Shown one piece after another: positions 63,179-64,000 of a DNA stretch of 64,000 nt. Made by a program: the position numbers and the translations under genes. Origin of the DNA: Basidiobolus meristosporus CBS 931.73 (lineage: Eukaryota; Fungi; Basidiobolomycota); NCBI GenBank assembly GCA_002104905.1, contig MCFE01000012.1, positions 197,009 through 261,008 on the forward strand. The letters run 5' to 3'. Below the pieces are notes generated by a model. That model saw only the letters and a program-made list of their open reading frames with translations. It did no database searches and was not told where the DNA came from. Within the stretch, counting starts at the first letter, position 1. Each line of letters starts with the position of its first letter.

Positions 63179-64000
63179 AGGGAAAGTCACCAAGGTAGGT
63201 GAAATCTTTATTTGATTTCAGACAAGTCTAACTACAAATAAAGAAGCCAGTTGGGAATAGAAGATTCCCAAAGTAAACACTAAGTTGAATATGAATAAAT
63301 CTAAGCTAAAGTTAAGGCAGTATCCCAGAGTACACTGGAGTTCAGGTTCATGGGGGAGTGAAGTAGATAAGCTTCAGAGATATAATAATCTTTTAAGAAG
63401 TGGGTAACAGCAGGTGAAGGGGAGTTTTTGATAAGTGAAGTGAATCTTGAGAGCAGAGATTCCTCTAAGGAGAAGGTCTTGTAAACTGGAGAATCAGGAA
63501 ACTCCTTGAAGGCATGGTCAGTAGGTTCCCAGTAAAGCTGATCAGAGACATTTTGAGAGAACTCTTTAGCAATACTTTTGTCAAGTACTACCTCCAGAGT
63601 GTGATTGTTGATAAATCTCATGTTAACAATCTTGGATAAATTGTAACCTTGTGGCTTGAGATACATCCTATGCTCAGATATAGGAATGAACTCCACATTG
63701 GCAAAGTAGGAGACAGCCCAGTCAGCAGCAGGAGGCAAATCAGAAGTAGCAGGAAACTTTCTTTTAGTCTTGGGAGGAGCAGCAGGATGTCTTGAGGAAG
63801 CAGGAACAGGCTTTTTGACAGCTTCAGAGTAGGAAGAGTGAGCAGGAGCAGATGATTCTTGGGGAGTCTTGTTGACAGGAACAGCTGGCAGAGAGACAAT
63901 AGATTCTTGCAGATCAGAGAAGGCAGAAAACAGCTTTTGAACTTGTTTCTTGAGTAAAGCATTTTCAGCTTCAACAAGTGCAAGCCTTTCCTCAAGGAAG
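63179..64000 (-). mobile_element. Family C ORF1-only element, copy C2 (runs off the window; ORF 63301-63999 open)
   Basis: FLEERLALVEAENALLK...PPAADWAVSYF...PISEHRMYLK...LEVVLD...FTSLIKNSPS...VLWDTA*, followed by a short UTR and the signature. Confidence 0.87.

Larger units (their letters stand above)
49884..64000 (-). mobile_element. Polarised head-to-tail array of non-LTR retroelements and dependants (putative telomeric array)
   Basis: 12 modules, all on the minus strand. On the + strand each begins with a TTAGGG-like word plus G-run, then TCACC-N4-6-GGTGA(A/T)ATCTTTATT...AAAGAAGCCA. 5' truncations are variable and the region is CpG-depleted. Confidence 0.92.

Noticed and set aside
49896-63245. 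3' signature as a hammerhead ribozyme, i.e. Penelope/Athena/Coprina identity
   Set aside because: The stem is followed by GAAA on +, but the CUGANGA core is absent. The RT is LINE-type with an APE domain, not a PLE RT.
1-64000. tRNA, rRNA or snRNA genes
   Set aside because: No cloverleaf with A/B boxes and no rRNA or snRNA signature was recognised by eye. tRNAscan-SE or Infernal would be needed to exclude them.

Overview
Eukaryotic, intron-containing fungal genomic DNA. Short GT-AG introns, a zygomycete-type GPI-anchored chitin deacetylase and an INPP4-type phosphatase suggest an early-diverging fungus (inference). Positions ~1-49.9 kb are gene-sparse and hold about 11 intact genes: a Con7-like C2H2 TF, a Ser-rich protein, a DUF1769 protein, chitin deacetylase, a histidine phosphatase, a metacaspase with a tandem-repeat prodomain, PacC/Rim101, an INPP4-like phosphatase, a macro-domain protein, a TVP15/COPI-associated protein and a second C2H2 TF. 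Decayed, partly CpG-poor relics lie between them. From 49,884 to the window end the sequence becomes a CpG-depleted, strictly polarised head-to-tail array of 12 retro-modules from five families: two RT families (one with an APE endonuclease and ORF1), two ORF1-only families and one non-coding SINE-like unit. A separate non-coding hairpin segment occurs twice. All 12 modules share one 3' signature (UGGCUUCUUU...AAUAAAGAUUUCACC-loop-GGUGA...C-tract), and each is joined to its neighbour through a single TTAGGG-type word extended into a G-run. The array starts exactly at the 5' end of a pseudogenised SABATH methyltransferase. The architecture looks like a fungal counterpart of Drosophila HeT-A/TART/TAHRE telomere-elongating retrotransposon arrays. 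No terminal (TTAGGG)n tract is visible in the window, so the telomeric location is inferred.
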